Positions 23,562 through 38,500 of a stretch of DNA of 64,000 nucleotides are shown piece by piece (position 1 is the first letter of the stretch; each line of letters opens with the position of its first letter). A program made the position numbers and the translations under genes. The notes under the pieces were generated by a model. That model made no database searches, was not told the origin of the DNA, and saw only the letters and a program-made list of their open reading frames with translations. Source of the DNA: Ascidiella aspersa (lineage: Eukaryota); assembly GCA_963924565.1 (NCBI GenBank), contig OZ004610.1, positions 28,458,001 through 28,522,000 on the forward strand, read 5' to 3'.

Positions 23562-26500
23562 ATGGATAATCTTGATGTTGTGATTTTCACGGAGAAAATA
23601 AGGTAAGTAGTTCGTATTTTACTGTATTTAACTTTTAAAAATAACACCCATTTACCAAAATTTATATCAAAAGAGAAAAAATGCAAATGACGAAGCCATC
23701 TCTAGTTCGACAGAGAAGGCCTTTGATTCGCTCGTACCCAGATGTTTTTGTTGGAAATGAAGCAGTGACCTGGGCAACAAATAATGCTGACTTGAGTAGG
23801 TTTTTAATTATTTTATTTTAGCACAACTTGTACGGATGGATAAAACGTAATCAATACAAACATGTACACCTGTTTTAAAACCCATAGATATATCTTAATC
23901 ACCGAGGTATTTACATATTTTCATTTTACCCTTTTTTGCAGATAATTTAGATGACAAAAATAACAATGATGGCAAGCCAGAAAGTAACTCTACTACAACA
24001 AACAAAAAGGTTTTGGACGAGACCGAGGTTGTGTGCTTTTTTCAAAGACTAATGGATGCAGGAATGTTAAGAAACGGTAAGATGTTACGACTGTAATAAT
24101 AATTATGTATTACACAACATGATTTTTTTAGATCATATTACAATTATATATTAGTTTTCAAAAGGAGACTTTTCCCTGATTAATCAAATGTAGTTTCTAA
24201 ATTAGTTTGTATTTATATTATAAAGAAATACATTATTTTTTTTAGTTCTAACCATGGAGGGATTTCAAAATGATAAATCGTTGTACCGATTTTCCTCCGA
24301 TGACATTGAAGGCGATGAGTTTGTTCGAAGCGCAGCACTTGGATATCGATTGTTCAAAAGGTTAAAAAAAATTTTTTTTTTAAAATCACAATTAAAAAAA
24401 AAAGCAATCACAATTTAAAAAATGATGAATCACACATCCGTGTCTGTTTTCATATATTAAGTTATTAATTCAATTAATCAATAATAGTTAAAATTTATGT
24501 AACATAACAGAGGCTTAATTTGTGTGGTTTTAAAACAATGTGCTGTTTTTGCAGTGCATGTGTTCCCGACTCCGGACTGTTCCAGAAAGTTTGTGAATTT
24601 GGTCAGCTTGTTTCTTCTGAGTGCATCAAAGCTTCCGATATAGTGTCTTGGATTGTCAGCGTCGGTTTTTGCCAGACCAGGGAAGCCGCCGTCGAACAAG
24701 GCAAACTCATGTGCGACCACAACATCATCAAACCAGGTATGAGAGAACTATGTAATTTTTTTCTAATAAGGTTGAAAAAAATATAGATATGGCTCTGCTT
24801 TTGAGTATTGGTTGCTTAAAATTATTTTCAGAGAATGTTTTAGAATGTTAAAGAGTTGAGTGGTTGTCTCTTGTGTGACCGTCAATCATTACAATTGCTG
24901 AATTCGAATTTGAATTTCTGTGTTATTTCAACTTTTATTCCACGTTAATAAATTATTCCAAGCACGGCAGCTAGGCTAAGGTTTATTCAATTGGGTTTGT
25001 ACTAATTTTGTTTGCATTTTGCACCTTGAGAAGTTTGGTGTGCATTGATCGTTTTGCTAAATTGCCTAATGCTCTTAAATAAATTGAATAACGTGACTTC
25101 GTTGGCATTGTCATCAAAACGTTTATTTGCATTCAACCTTGACAATGTCAGGCTAAATTAATAGTTCAACCCAAAGTTATTAAAAGCGCGTCCATTTTAA
25201 CACCACCAAGCTCTCTTTTTATTTGCATTCAGCCCTGATATCGATATAGCGACAACGGGCTTTGTTCCGAAATCGAGCGTGTGTTTGACAGTGCGACTTG
25301 ACGCGTTCAAATTTGACGTCAATAGGTATTGTGGCCGCCCCGTTGTTTGCTCAAACAGCGCGAAAAAGTTGTTGTGTCTTCCCCGGGCGACTGTGGTTTT
25401 CGCCGAGCCTAGCCTGTGGTTGTTGGGAGAAACACTCAAGGGCCGCACTATTTGTACGTAAATCCCAGTGAATCAGCACCAGTTTGGGTTACTGTTTACC
25501 CGCTGTGCTTTCAAAGTGGACGAATCTCTAATGTTTGCGCTTGGTGTGTGAGCCCTTTATGCCTTAGCGACGTTGAGCTATGCGAGCGAATTTGGCCTTT
25601 CTTTTTTCATTTGCTGAGCGTGGGATTTCGCCTTTTGCCGTTCGCAGCAGCCCGACGCCCGTAATTTGTGAAATCCGCTGTCTTAACCCCCTTACTCCAA
25701 ACTGTAAGGTGGATTTGGAATCGGTGCGGTTAATGTAGCCTTTCGGGTTTTTCAAGTATTGATTTCTGGTATATATAGATTTTCCGTGTCCATCTATCTC
25801 TGTCAGCAGAGATGTTTTGCTACGTTTCACACACTCTTATTCAATTACACATAGATTTTTCGTTCCAGCATTACAGTGTCTTATTTTATATGCGGTTGTT
25901 AAACATAAAACATTATTCACTTTTTTTGTATACCTTTAGCTTTTTTTTTAATTTTCGTTCTAATATCTGGCTGAAAACGCATATAAAAAGATAATGTATT
26001 AACCCAAGTTTTACTAAATGGCAACTTGTCGCCATGTGTTATTCTTGCTTAAGAGTTTGTTGGCAGCTTATCTTCGAATATCCAATTGAGAAAAAACAGC
26101 TCATTTATTTAGGCTCATATTTTCTCTTGTTTAAATTAAACGGCGCCCAAACGAAGCCGTACTATTTTCGTTCTGTTCTGACAGAAAAACAACGTCGGTT
26201 ATATTTAAATAGCGGCCCTTAACGCACGCGAATATGACACACACCACTTAGGCTTCGACCGTCGTTATCACAAGAAGCTGAAGCACCCTGTTCTGGCGCT
26301 TTGTGCAAATACCCCGTTGCCGGGTTATGCCTCTCGGTGCCACGCATTCTATTGCATGGCATTGCGCAATTCTTTGTGACCTTTCGTTTGAATTTAGGCT
26401 AGCTCTAGTAACCTTTTGTCTATGCCTTTGTTCCTAGTAGCAAAAATACTGCAGTGGTTATGTTGAAACATCGACTCTCAAATGATTTTTATGATCTTAA

Positions 26501-29500
26501 AAGGACACTTTTTTTGCAAATTTGCCAAATTATATAAACCTATTGGCCTAAACATTGTTTTGACAAGGATTGTATTATTGTGGACATAATGGGTTGGAAG
26601 TTGTCGTCAACGTAATGTATCTTAAAGCCAGGAAACTTTGCGTAAACATTTTAACGAAGTCCTTTTTGATTTGCGACATCCTTATCGAATTTAATCCATG
26701 TCATTGTGCTCTCCGGCTTGGTTAACGTTTTCAGAGAAAAATCGCTAAAAAGAAAAACTTCAAAACCTTTCGCGGAAAAGCTTCCCAGTGTAAGGCGTCA
26801 CTTCTCCGAAAAATGTAATTGTGGTCGCGTGTCGCGAGCTGCGGCGCAGCGTTTTTGTCGCCTGTCGTGAAGGGCTGCAAATTAAGAGCTGTCAATAAAT
26901 TCCTCAGAAGCCAATTAAGGGCGGTTTTATCGCACCAAAGAGCGTGAACCCGACTAAACCCGTGAAGATCAATTTCAGACAGCTTTTAAATTTTAATTAA
27001 ATTTTGCATGTTTAATTGTTGGCGGCGGTCGGTCGTGTATGGTCATCAACGCGACTCTGTGTATAAGGAAAGAAGCTCAAGTACGGAAATGCCAAATATG
27101 TATTATAATGTCAAACGTTTATAGTACTGAAATCCGAGTTAGTAGTGAAATTCATTTATAGTATAGTGAAATGCGAATTAGTAGTGAAATGCGTTTATCG
27201 TAGTCACCAACTTTAAATGCAACTCAAATTGTGGTCAATCAAAAAAAATACTCATATATAAAGGCGCTCTCAAGAACTGTAGCCTAAGATTTAAAAGCAA
27301 TTATAAATTTCCTGTTCACTCATGGGGCCCCCTGCAAATTTTCCGCGAACCCATTGTGGGTCCGTTGACCCCATATTGGGACACTGCTCTATTGTAACGC
27401 CTTAGTATGTAGAAGAAGCGTATGTTGGAAACGGTGTGTCTTAATGCTCTTCCCTAGTAAAGTTATCTGCGGTTTCGCAAAGAGCGTTTACCCTCTCCCC
27501 AGCGTTGTATGCCTAGTCTCCTTGGCTCCCATTTATACTGAACCAGGTGCTACGCCCTTGTCTGTACACATCTGCGCAGCAGGTCGCCGTAAGGTCACTA
27601 CCGTACGCAGCTCATACAGTTCCTGGTATTAAAAGACAACGCTTAAATACATAGGCAATAAAACTCAAAGTTTAAAAAGCCCGGTGTTACATAAGGTATC
27701 TACCGTACGCAGCACATAGAGTTCCTGGTATTAAAAGACAACGCTCAAATACATAATAGGCAATAAAGCTCACAAATCATAGATTTATATTTTTTTATAT
27801 ATAGTTTGCCTAAATTTTATTGTTTATACACGCCTCGGCGGAACAATGATCAAAGCAGAAACCTGCTGCCAATGGTTTTGGATTCCATAAAGATTCGCCC
27901 TTTTGTATAGTCCAATTCGAATTAACGACCCATGTAGTGGTTTTAATAGATTCCAAAGACCCCCTCTAGGAGTTTTTTCAAAAGCTGATAAAATGGAAAA
28001 TTTAAGCACCTTGTAGAATTCCTCTCGCCTGTGGTCCTGGCCTTAGTCATCACCCCTCCACCACCATTGCTTGTTAATTATTGATGGAGCCCTACATTGG
28101 CGTCTCCCTACGCCTGTGTCATTTCGACAAAACTCTGTAAGTACGCCCACCATTTCTGTGACAGGATCCTGTGTGGACTTTGCCTGTGCATTTTTCCCGT
28201 CGTAAAAAAACGATCCCGTGTGAATGTGCGCACGCGTGCGTGTGGGTGTGTGTGCGTGCGTGCACGCGTTTTGCGATTCGTATTTCCGTCTTTTCCTATA
28301 GCGTCGCCGTATTGCCAGCTTGCTATCTTCAACCTGTTAAGCACACGAAACGAGCAGCGTAATTACACAGGCTAAGTTGGGAACTTAATTGTGGCCTGTC
28401 TTTCCGATGACGAGCCAGCGCCCGACCGATCAAATTAAACCCGAATAAATAGCGCGGCAATTTTAATCGATTTACGTCGTTACCCTGTCCATTTTGCGTA
28501 GTTCAATGCGGTTCAACTTTCATGTTTTGGGAGCATCCTTTTCCTTATTTTTCATAGTGAGCTTCCTTTAAACAAGTTTGTTTCCCTAACGGTTTAGGAA
28601 GTTGGTACAATTTGCAAATTAATAGAGATTTGATAACAAATGAAGGTATTATTGGCTTGGTAGATCATACCTTGTATAACCAATTATTACAGGTTCTTTA
28701 GAATATAGCTATAGGCGAGCCATTTTGTACTACAATTTAAAAAGAAGCTGAAATTAGGATGATTTTGCTAGGAAGGCCGATGGTTTCCGATTCCCTTCTT
28801 ATAACAGTGTTACAACTAAAGGACGTAGATTTGTATCACTCCAAATGAAATGTACCCAATCCGATCCATTTGTATTGCGTCGTCCTTTGGTTACACTCAA
28901 AAAGCGCGCGAATTCGCCAAAAAGGCCGAACGGGTCTTATTTCGTGTCGTGCCGCTTTTCAACCGGGCATGCAAGTCGCCAGGGAAGCTATAAACGTCCG
29001 TTCTGCGTCCGCCGATCGAACACCGATGGTCACTTAACGTGTGACTCGATTGTCCGACCTGCTATTTGTGACTTTGGAAATTTTCGCTTGCCAATTTGCC
29101 GCCTTTGCTGTCGCTTTGCGAGTCGACCAAATAGGTTTGCTGTGTAGTTGCACACGAAGCCACTTTGGATATTTTTTACTTTTATTTTTTGGATTTAGGC
29201 CTCAAAGTGATCAGATCACAGAATGTTGGCGTGTTATAGCGTAACATAGCGTAACGCTGGCTGGGCGACCTTGGTTAGCTTTTATCGTATGATCCTTTGG
29301 CTTTATTGTTTTTGCTGCCATCAAGTTTGGCAAACTTTTTCATGCATTCTAAATATGAACCCCGACGATGACTGATGGTATCTGCTGCCGAAACGTCAGT
29401 TCATTCATAGCTTGGTTGCTACCAGAAGAGTGACTTTGTAAAATGTTGTTGAGATGATGAAATTTTTTACTTGAAAAATGGGAATAATGCTTCGAATATT

Positions 29501-32500
29501 CCTAATAGCGACTCTCAACCTTTTGTCATTCAGGTACCGCCCTTAGTTCTTAAAAAGTCAAGACAAACCCTCAATACGCTGCCACCACATACAGTAGTAA
29601 GTAATATATAGTGTATACCTCAATGAAAATGGTATTACATACTACAAAGTGTATGATAGCGTTACCTGAAAACTAATATGCCATCCAAGTGCGCAAGCTG
29701 TGAAATCTTTTACGAACTTAGTTCTACCCAACTGATATATAACAACGTTATCGCGGCGTTTTGCCTACTACTAACACTCCAGCAATAAAAATTCCACTAA
29801 ATCACCTGTTTTTTCTTGCAATTGGATTGGAAGCGTCCCGAGAGCCACGTTTTTGTAAAGCGATTGAAAAGTTAACCAGAGCTCGCATTACTCGCTTCCC
29901 CTGTTGTTTCGCTGCTCGGTTTCAGAACGACCTGAATCACCACCGGCAATTCGCAATCGGACACCTCGACAGCCGGCGTTTGGTCGCCTGCCAGTTGTGT
30001 TCTTGGCCTACTTTTATCATCCCTCTCTCGCACGCCCTGCAATAACAGCCCAGTGCCGAGAATCAGGACAGTTCTTCACGTTTTTGGATCTTGCAACAAT
30101 TTGTTTTCTTTTTTATCCTATTTTAAACACTTTAAGTTTTAGTTTAAACAGGCAGGCCGCATGAGAAAAATAAAATGTCTTGGCGGGCCGGATAAAAAAA
30201 GGGATCTCAAAAACACCTAATTCAACGTGTGATTCCTTTAAATAATCTTTAAATATCAGTAGGTGAGGATGCCTTACAACAGTTATGTTTATGTTTTCAA
30301 TAAAATATTGTATGCCACATAAAATGTGTTTTGCCTAATTTTTTTTATTAAAAGTGAGACGCGTCCCGGATGTGACGCGCGGATCGCAGTTCGGTCTGCT
30401 TTACGGGTAAAAAAACTTTTTAAAGCGTTTGGGTGTATAAACTCGTCCCAGTTGACTGCTTAACAAAGCAATTTTATATAAAGGAAACAAATGTGCCTTT
30501 ACTTTTGTTTTGAAGTTGTTTTTACACTTGTTGGCACAGGTAGAACCCGGTGCTGTTTTCATGTGATTTCTTCGTAACAGCCAGTACCCTACTTTGCAGT
30601 GATAAGGAATGTACTGCTTGTCAGACCACGTTCAACCAGTTTTAGTAGTGCTGATAAGGAGGCGTTGGCCCTTTTAGTATGTGACGCATTGGTAGTAACG
30701 TTGCTACTGCATTCGGTTGTGGTCCAGTCTCCCAAAGCAGACATCTAAATTGGGATCGGTGGGTTATTTTGATTGTAAGAAGTGTCTATTGTAAGCATAT
30801 GGATTGCGTATCGACTCTGCTCTTTATTTATATTGCGGTTGCAGTTTATGCTTTTTATTGCAACTGCAGACTCGTGTTGTAAATATGCGGTTTCGTGATG
30901 CGACGTACTACATGTCACAACTGGTATTTCGGTACAGCTCGCATGTTACACGCGCAATGCGCAACCAGGTCACAGGACACTGGACTGCAATTGTACGTCT
31001 ATTTAAACCTCCAAACACTGCAGAAAAACCTTCCTGATCACATCACATCATCGCCTCGCAATCTCGCATGCAATCGGCCACGGCCTTGCAGCGCCAGACG
31101 ATCACGCGTCGGCCGCCTGATCGACGCGTGCACATTTGCAAGCGTCCCGAGTCTTATAAATAGCAGCGCTGAGCGCACGCATTCTGTGGCGCATGTGGCG
31201 AAAAATTTCCCTCTCGGGCGCAGCGACGAGCGAGAGAGAAGAGAAGACGACCTTTTTGTCAACCCGGCGGATTTTCATGCCGAACTGAAAAACGCCCGAT
31301 CCCTTTTCGCCGTGTGTGCCCTTTGACCGCACCTGAACACCAACTTTGCACGTGAATGAATTTTGGAGGGCTGTTGTTTGTTTTCCAGCGAAGCCTTACG
31401 GTCCCTCATTGTTGGTTTCACGGCAAGTTAAATCCATAGGCATTTCCCGGGTTAAAATCAGGCATATTTTTTTGTATATTAACCCTTGTTTTCTCATATA
31501 GCATGCTATTTCCGCGTTAAAAAGGCCGTTTTTAGAACTTTATACGCCCCTTACTTAATTTTAGGCGCTTTTATGATAAAAATGCCGTAGTTCATGGAAA
31601 TACGAAATCTAAAATCCAGTCCAGCATATTATTCCCATGTTACAGAGCTTATGTTTAAAGCATTATAGATTCCTTCAGTCTAATTTGGGTCCATTCTTAA
31701 ATCAATATAACAGAGTTGTAGGGCCGAAAGACTATCGTTGTGCGTTTAAAGTGTGAAAATGTAAAAATGTAAAAATGTGGCCCAAATCCTATAAGCCACA
31801 TGGTTGTAGGGTCGACAGTGACACTCGACTTCTCTACTAGGGATGTCCGATAATATCGGATCGAAACCGATACTTAATGGCAAGTGGTGTACCGGTAATT
31901 GTCCGATACTAGGGCGGTATCGATACAGATCCGATTTTTTTAGCTCGAAAGCAAAATTTGGCCAAGTAACCTGGAAATCATTGGCATTGCATGTTTCAAT
32001 TTTATCTATTTTGTTCGTTTGTTTGAGCTCAGTAATGACGTCATTTGCTATCGGATCGCATCGCGATACTTTTTGCCCAAAATATCGGCTATCGGAATGA
32101 AACGCCAGGGGTATCCAACAAGTTGGCACGCGACCTAATAAAATATGCCACGCAGGCCCCCCCAAAACACTAAAATTGTTGTTTAGCCAATAGTCAAAAA
32201 ATACCCAATTATTTATACAGCCAATTGCCATTGTTTTTTTTATTTTATGGTTTTTTTTATTTTTAAAAGGCAAAATATAATCACAATGTTATGCAGAATT
32301 GCTGCTGACCAGGAACTGTGTAATTAGGCAAAAAAAAATACATTTTGTCGTCATTTTCGTTATTGCACGCGAAATGACCAATTGCCATTGTTTGATCACA
32401 ATATAAAACAATCGCGGCAATTACGACATCTAACAAATACATCTGATAATATAACATTGTACTGTGGTGAAGGGCTGGAGGCTAGCATTAACATAATTAT

Positions 32501-35500
32501 ATAGCTTGGTGTGAAGTTCAATAGTTATCTCACCGACGGACACTTAGATGCAGTAATGCGCATTTCTACTACACAGTGTTTCAAGTTTTAATAAACGTTT
32601 TTGATTTTGGTAAAAAAGCGTTTTTATGATTAAAAAGAATTGGTTTGGTTACGAAGCTTTGGCACGGGAAGAAGTTGTAAGATAAAAATTGACAAGCCGG
32701 CATGTTTGAGTCGCACACCCCTGCTCTACACGAACACGCCTTGATTTGCCTTGGCAACCAGTGCATTCACAAAACGATCACCAGGCGATTTTAGATCGAA
32801 AGTAATCAGGGGTGGTCCCCCGCATAACTGTTGTCGCAATACAACCTGCCGAAATTTACGTCCATCTGTGCCCATTGTACTGTTATCTGTTGCGCATGTC
32901 CGATATCGCGTTACGAATGTTTCATGATATCCAACACCCCCAAAACAAAACGCGAGGGCGTTTACAAGGTTTAATACGCCCCCTCCGTACGTCCCTGTGA
33001 TGGTATCAGTGTTGCGCAATTACGTGGAAAATAGCCTTGCCGATTTCATATATGCACATCACTGAGAAATTGCCCTCCTATTTTCGGTTTTGCAACTTTC
33101 ATAAACACGCCTTTATCTTTTGGTACGCTCTTTTTGAGTTAATATTTGTGTGGAATTTCTTACATTTGCTTTAATTGGACTTCTTGAGCGTTTGTGAGAT
33201 ACTGGCTAATTGTCTTTTCATAGATTACTCGCAAATACTTTTGAGTCGTTCGGTTGGGGTTGATACAAGGCTTAAGCCACGTTACCTAGTAATTTATTCC
33301 TATGTCGTCCAAGCCAAAATAGATGGACAAATGTGACCCAATATTCCACATTTCGGATACCTCGTGACAACGCTGTTCCTTTGTTTTGATTTGTCAGTAC
33401 GGAAATAGCTAAAACGATTCGCTCGATTGCACCGAGCCACTATGCTTTGCACTTCGAAGTTTGAACCGCGACCTTATCACGGGACATCGGTTCGCAAATA
33501 TGCACGTGGTCACCGACTTTGTTTGTGTGTCATTAAATATAAATCGTGCTGAAAGTTGCTGCTGAGATCGCAACTTTACGTAACCGTATAACACGCTCGT
33601 CGCTCGTTATAAGTTTCAGCGCCTTTCGTTTATGTGTCAGGATTGTCCGATAATATTAGATCGAAGCCGACACCCCATGCCAAGCTGTAGTATCGGTACT
33701 CGTCCGATACTAGGGTGGTATCGGTGCCGATCCGTTTGAATTACGCATTTCAGTCACATAAAACGTTTTATAGCTTAGAAGGTACCTTTAAAAAAATTAC
33801 AAATCCAAAGGAAACGGAGTTTCCCGCCTTCTAACAAACTTTGCTTAAAAATCTTAAAAATATTTCGTATGCTGGTTTCAGTTTGGTCTGCTTAAATGGG
33901 TATAGAAAAGACGCCGTTAGGCATCGGTATGGACGGCCTTCTTATTTTCACCGAAATGCCAAATATATATCGGTATCGAAATAAATTACAAAATATAGGA
34001 CTTCCATTCTAACAAGAACCCGACCTAATTTGCCCACGCAAAACTCCGGTCGTTGTGTAACGGACCTTAGTCAATATCCGTATTCGGTGCACACCACGCA
34101 CGCCGTGTTGGCCGATGTTGGTCCTGAGTGTTGCTGTTGCTGTTGTTGTTGATTCAGTGAATCAAGTTGGAGTAAATAAGGCACTGATGATACGAGTGCT
34201 TGTATTGTGTTTGTCGCCGATGCGTCACCGCTCTGATTTCAAGGAACTGCTGTTTTGCACCTTTGAATCAGCTTGTTTGTTTCAGTGTGTTTGCGGCAAT
34301 TTGGAGTATTTCATCGTAAAGTTGAGTGTCATAAAATCACGGGAACGACTCTTATGTTTTGTATGGCCGCTTATCCGAACATCGTACAGCGATATAAAGT
34401 AGATTTAAATCCTTATAAGGGCAATCAAGAGAAGGTATTGTTTTTACTGCAAAGCCGTCCATTGCTTTAATGTCGAATTTCACCAATGTTCTTATTTTAG
34501 CTCCGTCATGAACTAAATTGCAATTTCACATAGAGAGAGAGTGGAAACGTCGTTTTTAAAATGTTTTTTTTGATGGTGTATTAAATCTTATGCCATTAAA
34601 CGAATATGAATAATGAGTTATTCGTAACGTTCAAAATGATACCTACTTCTGTATGGGCTTAGATATTCTTATTACGTCTTACTGCAACATCCAACCATTA
34701 TGCTCCACTGTTTTGAAGTATTACGCTTTATTGACGTAAACAGCATAATCGATAGTAAAATCGTACATGCTGTCCATCACATTATGACAAATAGCTCTTT
34801 CACGTACTACAAAGTATTTAATTGACAAGATGCCAAATCGTTGTGTCACGAGGCTCAAACGCCCAAACGCGTCAATAACATTGCACCACGTGTCGTACAC
34901 CCGAAGACCCCCCCCCCCCCGAACGCAACAACAAATGCAATCGGCCCAGTTTGTGACGTCACAAATGCGATCGGCTTGTTGTGACGCGCCCGTCTGAATC
35001 AGGCTTGTTTTGCCGCGCCTGTTACGTCACAAAGCAGGCATGCAGTCTGACCCCGAATAACCCGCAAAACGGACCGACTGGTCAGTAGTTATCACTCACG
35101 ATGCTGTCCATCTAATTGAGGTGACAAATTAGCCCGTCAAACTGGCCGCAAATAAGAGCCGGCCTCTTAATTTGGAGCTGGCCACAAGCGCCTGTGGGCC
35201 GGTTGGTACCTCGGCTGTGTAAAATGTTATGAAAACAGATGGGGAAGTGGAAACCGATTGCCTAAGTGGCTAAGCCTTGTATTGGATCTCAGCTGTTTGT
35301 AAATTTCTGAAAAATGAGAAAAGCGAACATATAGCACTTTTAAAGCGAAAAACTGGCACGTAAACGTTGTCAGAGGGAATAAACCAAAAGAGTGCTATAA
35401 AATAGCCGAAATAAACATACAAAATAAATAAAACCGGCGGTTGTTTTTCAAGCTGCCCCGCAAACTCTGAAAACCTAATGACGGATTAAAAAACGAAGTG

Positions 35501-38500
35501 AAAAATCCTTGTGGAAAAGACTGGCATTTTATTATTACGGCTATCTAAAGAATTTGAACAGAAATCGGCAAATATGTGCGATACGATCGCAATTTTAAGT
35601 GACCGTGTTAACTGATTAGTGACCGTCCACTCCGCCTCAAGCCAATTCACCTACTCCGGTCAAACTTGGCAACATAACCGATCAATCATCGTTGTATCTA
35701 TATCTCCTTTTACATTGACCTGCGAAGCGCTCTATACCTTTTAAAACACTTAAAAGAAAGTAAGTTATTTTTTCAACTTGCTGTATATCTGCATTGAAAA
35801 TTAATACTTCTTAACCCCCGTGCGTTTAAACACAGTTTACGTATTGGTCATTTCGATCCCGGCATTTTGGTCTTTTTTGTGTGTTTTCAAACAACATTTT
35901 GAAACAGTTTCGCTCGTATTTTGCCAGTTCAATTCTCTTCAGTCAAGATTCTCATTTAACGGCCTAACTACGCTCGGTAATAAGGTATAATGTGCGCAGT
36001 TTAAAACCCCGTACCTGCCTCCTACGCCATGCGTTAAACGTTTTCCTACGCCATGCGTCAAACGTTTTGATTCGCCTTGCGTAATTGCCCCATTTTTGAA
36101 GCGCGCTCAATTGCAATCGCCTCCAGGTTACGGCAACAAACTCCAGCAATCACTCCGTTGCCTTTTTGCAGACCGTTGGTTGAACCCACTGACCCTGTTA
36201 TAACGTTACGGGCAATGTTGTTCTTTCGGTAGTGGTTTGTTGTCGTAGCGCATAGGGCGTATTTCAAACGGCCCAAAGTTAATGCCCCTTTAAATAATGC
36301 AGGGTATTATGAGAAAAGCCTGTCAAAAGTGAAGATTCCATTTTATCATTGGGGGCATGTCAAGTTAAAAAAAAAACAGAGTAAAATGCGAACCTGGGCC
36401 AGGGTTGCCATAACTTCTATGAACTTAAAATTGTTTGAATTGATTTGCATATGGAAAAATTTTTTTTTGAAAAATGCATGGTTATCCAAAAGGTTTGCGC
36501 GGGATTAATTTTATAAGGTATTTTTAAAGCTGTAAATGTTCTATATATTTAAGTGCCTTAGAATTTATTCCATAAAAATGTGTGACAACCCGGTATTATA
36601 ACAGCAGTTCACATAACAGTAAGATATATTCGTGTCAAGACCTTAAAAACTATCAAGAACAGTAGGAAAAATAGAAATAAAAAAACACAATACATTATCA
36701 TGTCAATTTCCATGTCATTTCATACACGTCTTGGCTCAAGTTGCGGCTCGTTCGCTGTGTGACGGAATACGCTGTGTGTGATGTCGTCAATGCCTGTATT
36801 ATCTTCCACATTTCTCCGCGCGTCTTTCCCGGAATGTTTGGCTACACGTGTTTTACGGTCGCTGTCAACATACAGTCGGCAGTGGGCCAGGGAATTTCTG
36901 AAAGGCCGCTCCGATTTGGGCTTTACTATGTTTGTCGAGACGTTTTTTATTGCTGATGCCGCTTTACGACGATTTATTGCTGTCATGGTTTAACTCCCGT
37001 TCGTCGGCCGCACGTTCAAAAGCGGCGCGCGCAACCTTTTGAACTTTGTTTTTTTTTCGAATAAAATGTGGCGATTTTTTGTGTATTCAACTCTACGGCT
37101 CTCCAAACTTTTTTTTTGCTACCTCTTTTAATTTGATTTTATTTGGCAAAACTTGAGGTTTAACATTTGACAACAAACCTTGTCTCATTTTGTCGTTCGT
37201 CGCGTATTTGTGCGAGCAGTGTGCATTTGAAGGGGTTGCCATTGGCATGCCGAAACGCAGAAAAAGTACAACTGTAAGGCCGTGAGTTCAAACCTTCCAC
37301 GGGCGACGTTTTTGTAACGGGTAGCCTTGCCTTGCTTGCACGCCATCCTGAATAGGCCACCTGATTTCGGTAACATCCTTAACGGCGGCACCTAATATAC
37401 TAGTGAAAGTGTGCGTTTATTCAATGCTAGTTTACAGCATACCCTTTTCTATAATCCACTGATTAGTTTATTTTCTTCTTTTGGTATCGGTCGGAACATT
37501 CCGATACTACCTCTTGGTATCGGGTATCGGCCTGGATATGTCTGTATCAGACAACCCTAATCAAGACAAAAAATGGTTATTTTAAGTCCGTTAAGAAAAC
37601 ACACGCTTTTACATTAAAAAGTAAAATAAATTAAAATATTTATTTTTGTTCACTTCCTAATACGGCCGAAAAATGTTTCGATAAGTCGACCTTGTTTACT
37701 TAAAATCCACTCATCCCCGCTTGGCCCGAAATACTTTGTCTGCTGGGAAAGTGCTCTGGCGTGTTCGTGGCCACAACAACACAACAGCGAAATTCCACGA
37801 CGCATTCCGCATTCTAAGTCGCACCACACTCGTGGCATTGGAAAAGTTACTCCCTAAATTCTGTGTCTTGTGCTCCCGCCGTGGGATAGTTGACTCGGCC
37901 GAGTTTTCGCACGGACCTCAGCTGTGCAGTATTGTTGTTTAGGTTTGGTGGTGAATTGATAGACGACTGTTCACTGCTGCCATAAAAACAGTCAGGCGGT
38001 AGAAAGTCAGCTAAAAATGGATTTTTTTTTCTAACTGGCCATGTTCCGGGATTCCACACAGTCTTTAAATCTAATGTCTGTGAATGTTTTTTTATTGATT
38101 GCGTATTACAAAGTCTTAGAAAAACGCTATGTTTTTACAAAAGTATTTCAATAGTCGTTGAATTTATCCTATGTGCAGCTTAAGTTATGAGTTTAAAAAC
38201 TACTGAAGTAAAATATATTTTTTAATCAATCGTTAGTGCGTTGACCATGGCATTTATACTGCTTGTTTACCAATTATATTCAAAACACGTCGGGGAAATG
38301 ATTCCATTCTAGGTCTTCAAAAACCTATAAATTCTTTGAATCTCTTAAAATTGATTGTATGCAAATGTGTGGCACATTGGCAAACCCTGATGTTGAATGC
38401 CTAAAAGTTGCCTCAAAAAACATTTTTTTACCCTGCCCTATTTATGTGCCATTCTCTCCACACCTTGGTGTCCAGGAAGTCACGTTCACATAAAAGCTTT

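Noticed and set aside
31746-32273. 175-aa minus-strand ORF
   Set aside because: It overlaps a CCGATA-family MITE and shows no recognisable protein motifs.
34170-34275. TAAGGCAC (miR-124 seed), CTGATGA and small hairpins as a miRNA, snoRNA or hammerhead
   Set aside because: The rest does not match miR-124, the hairpins are too short, there is no GAAA partner for a hammerhead, and C/D box spacing is too short.
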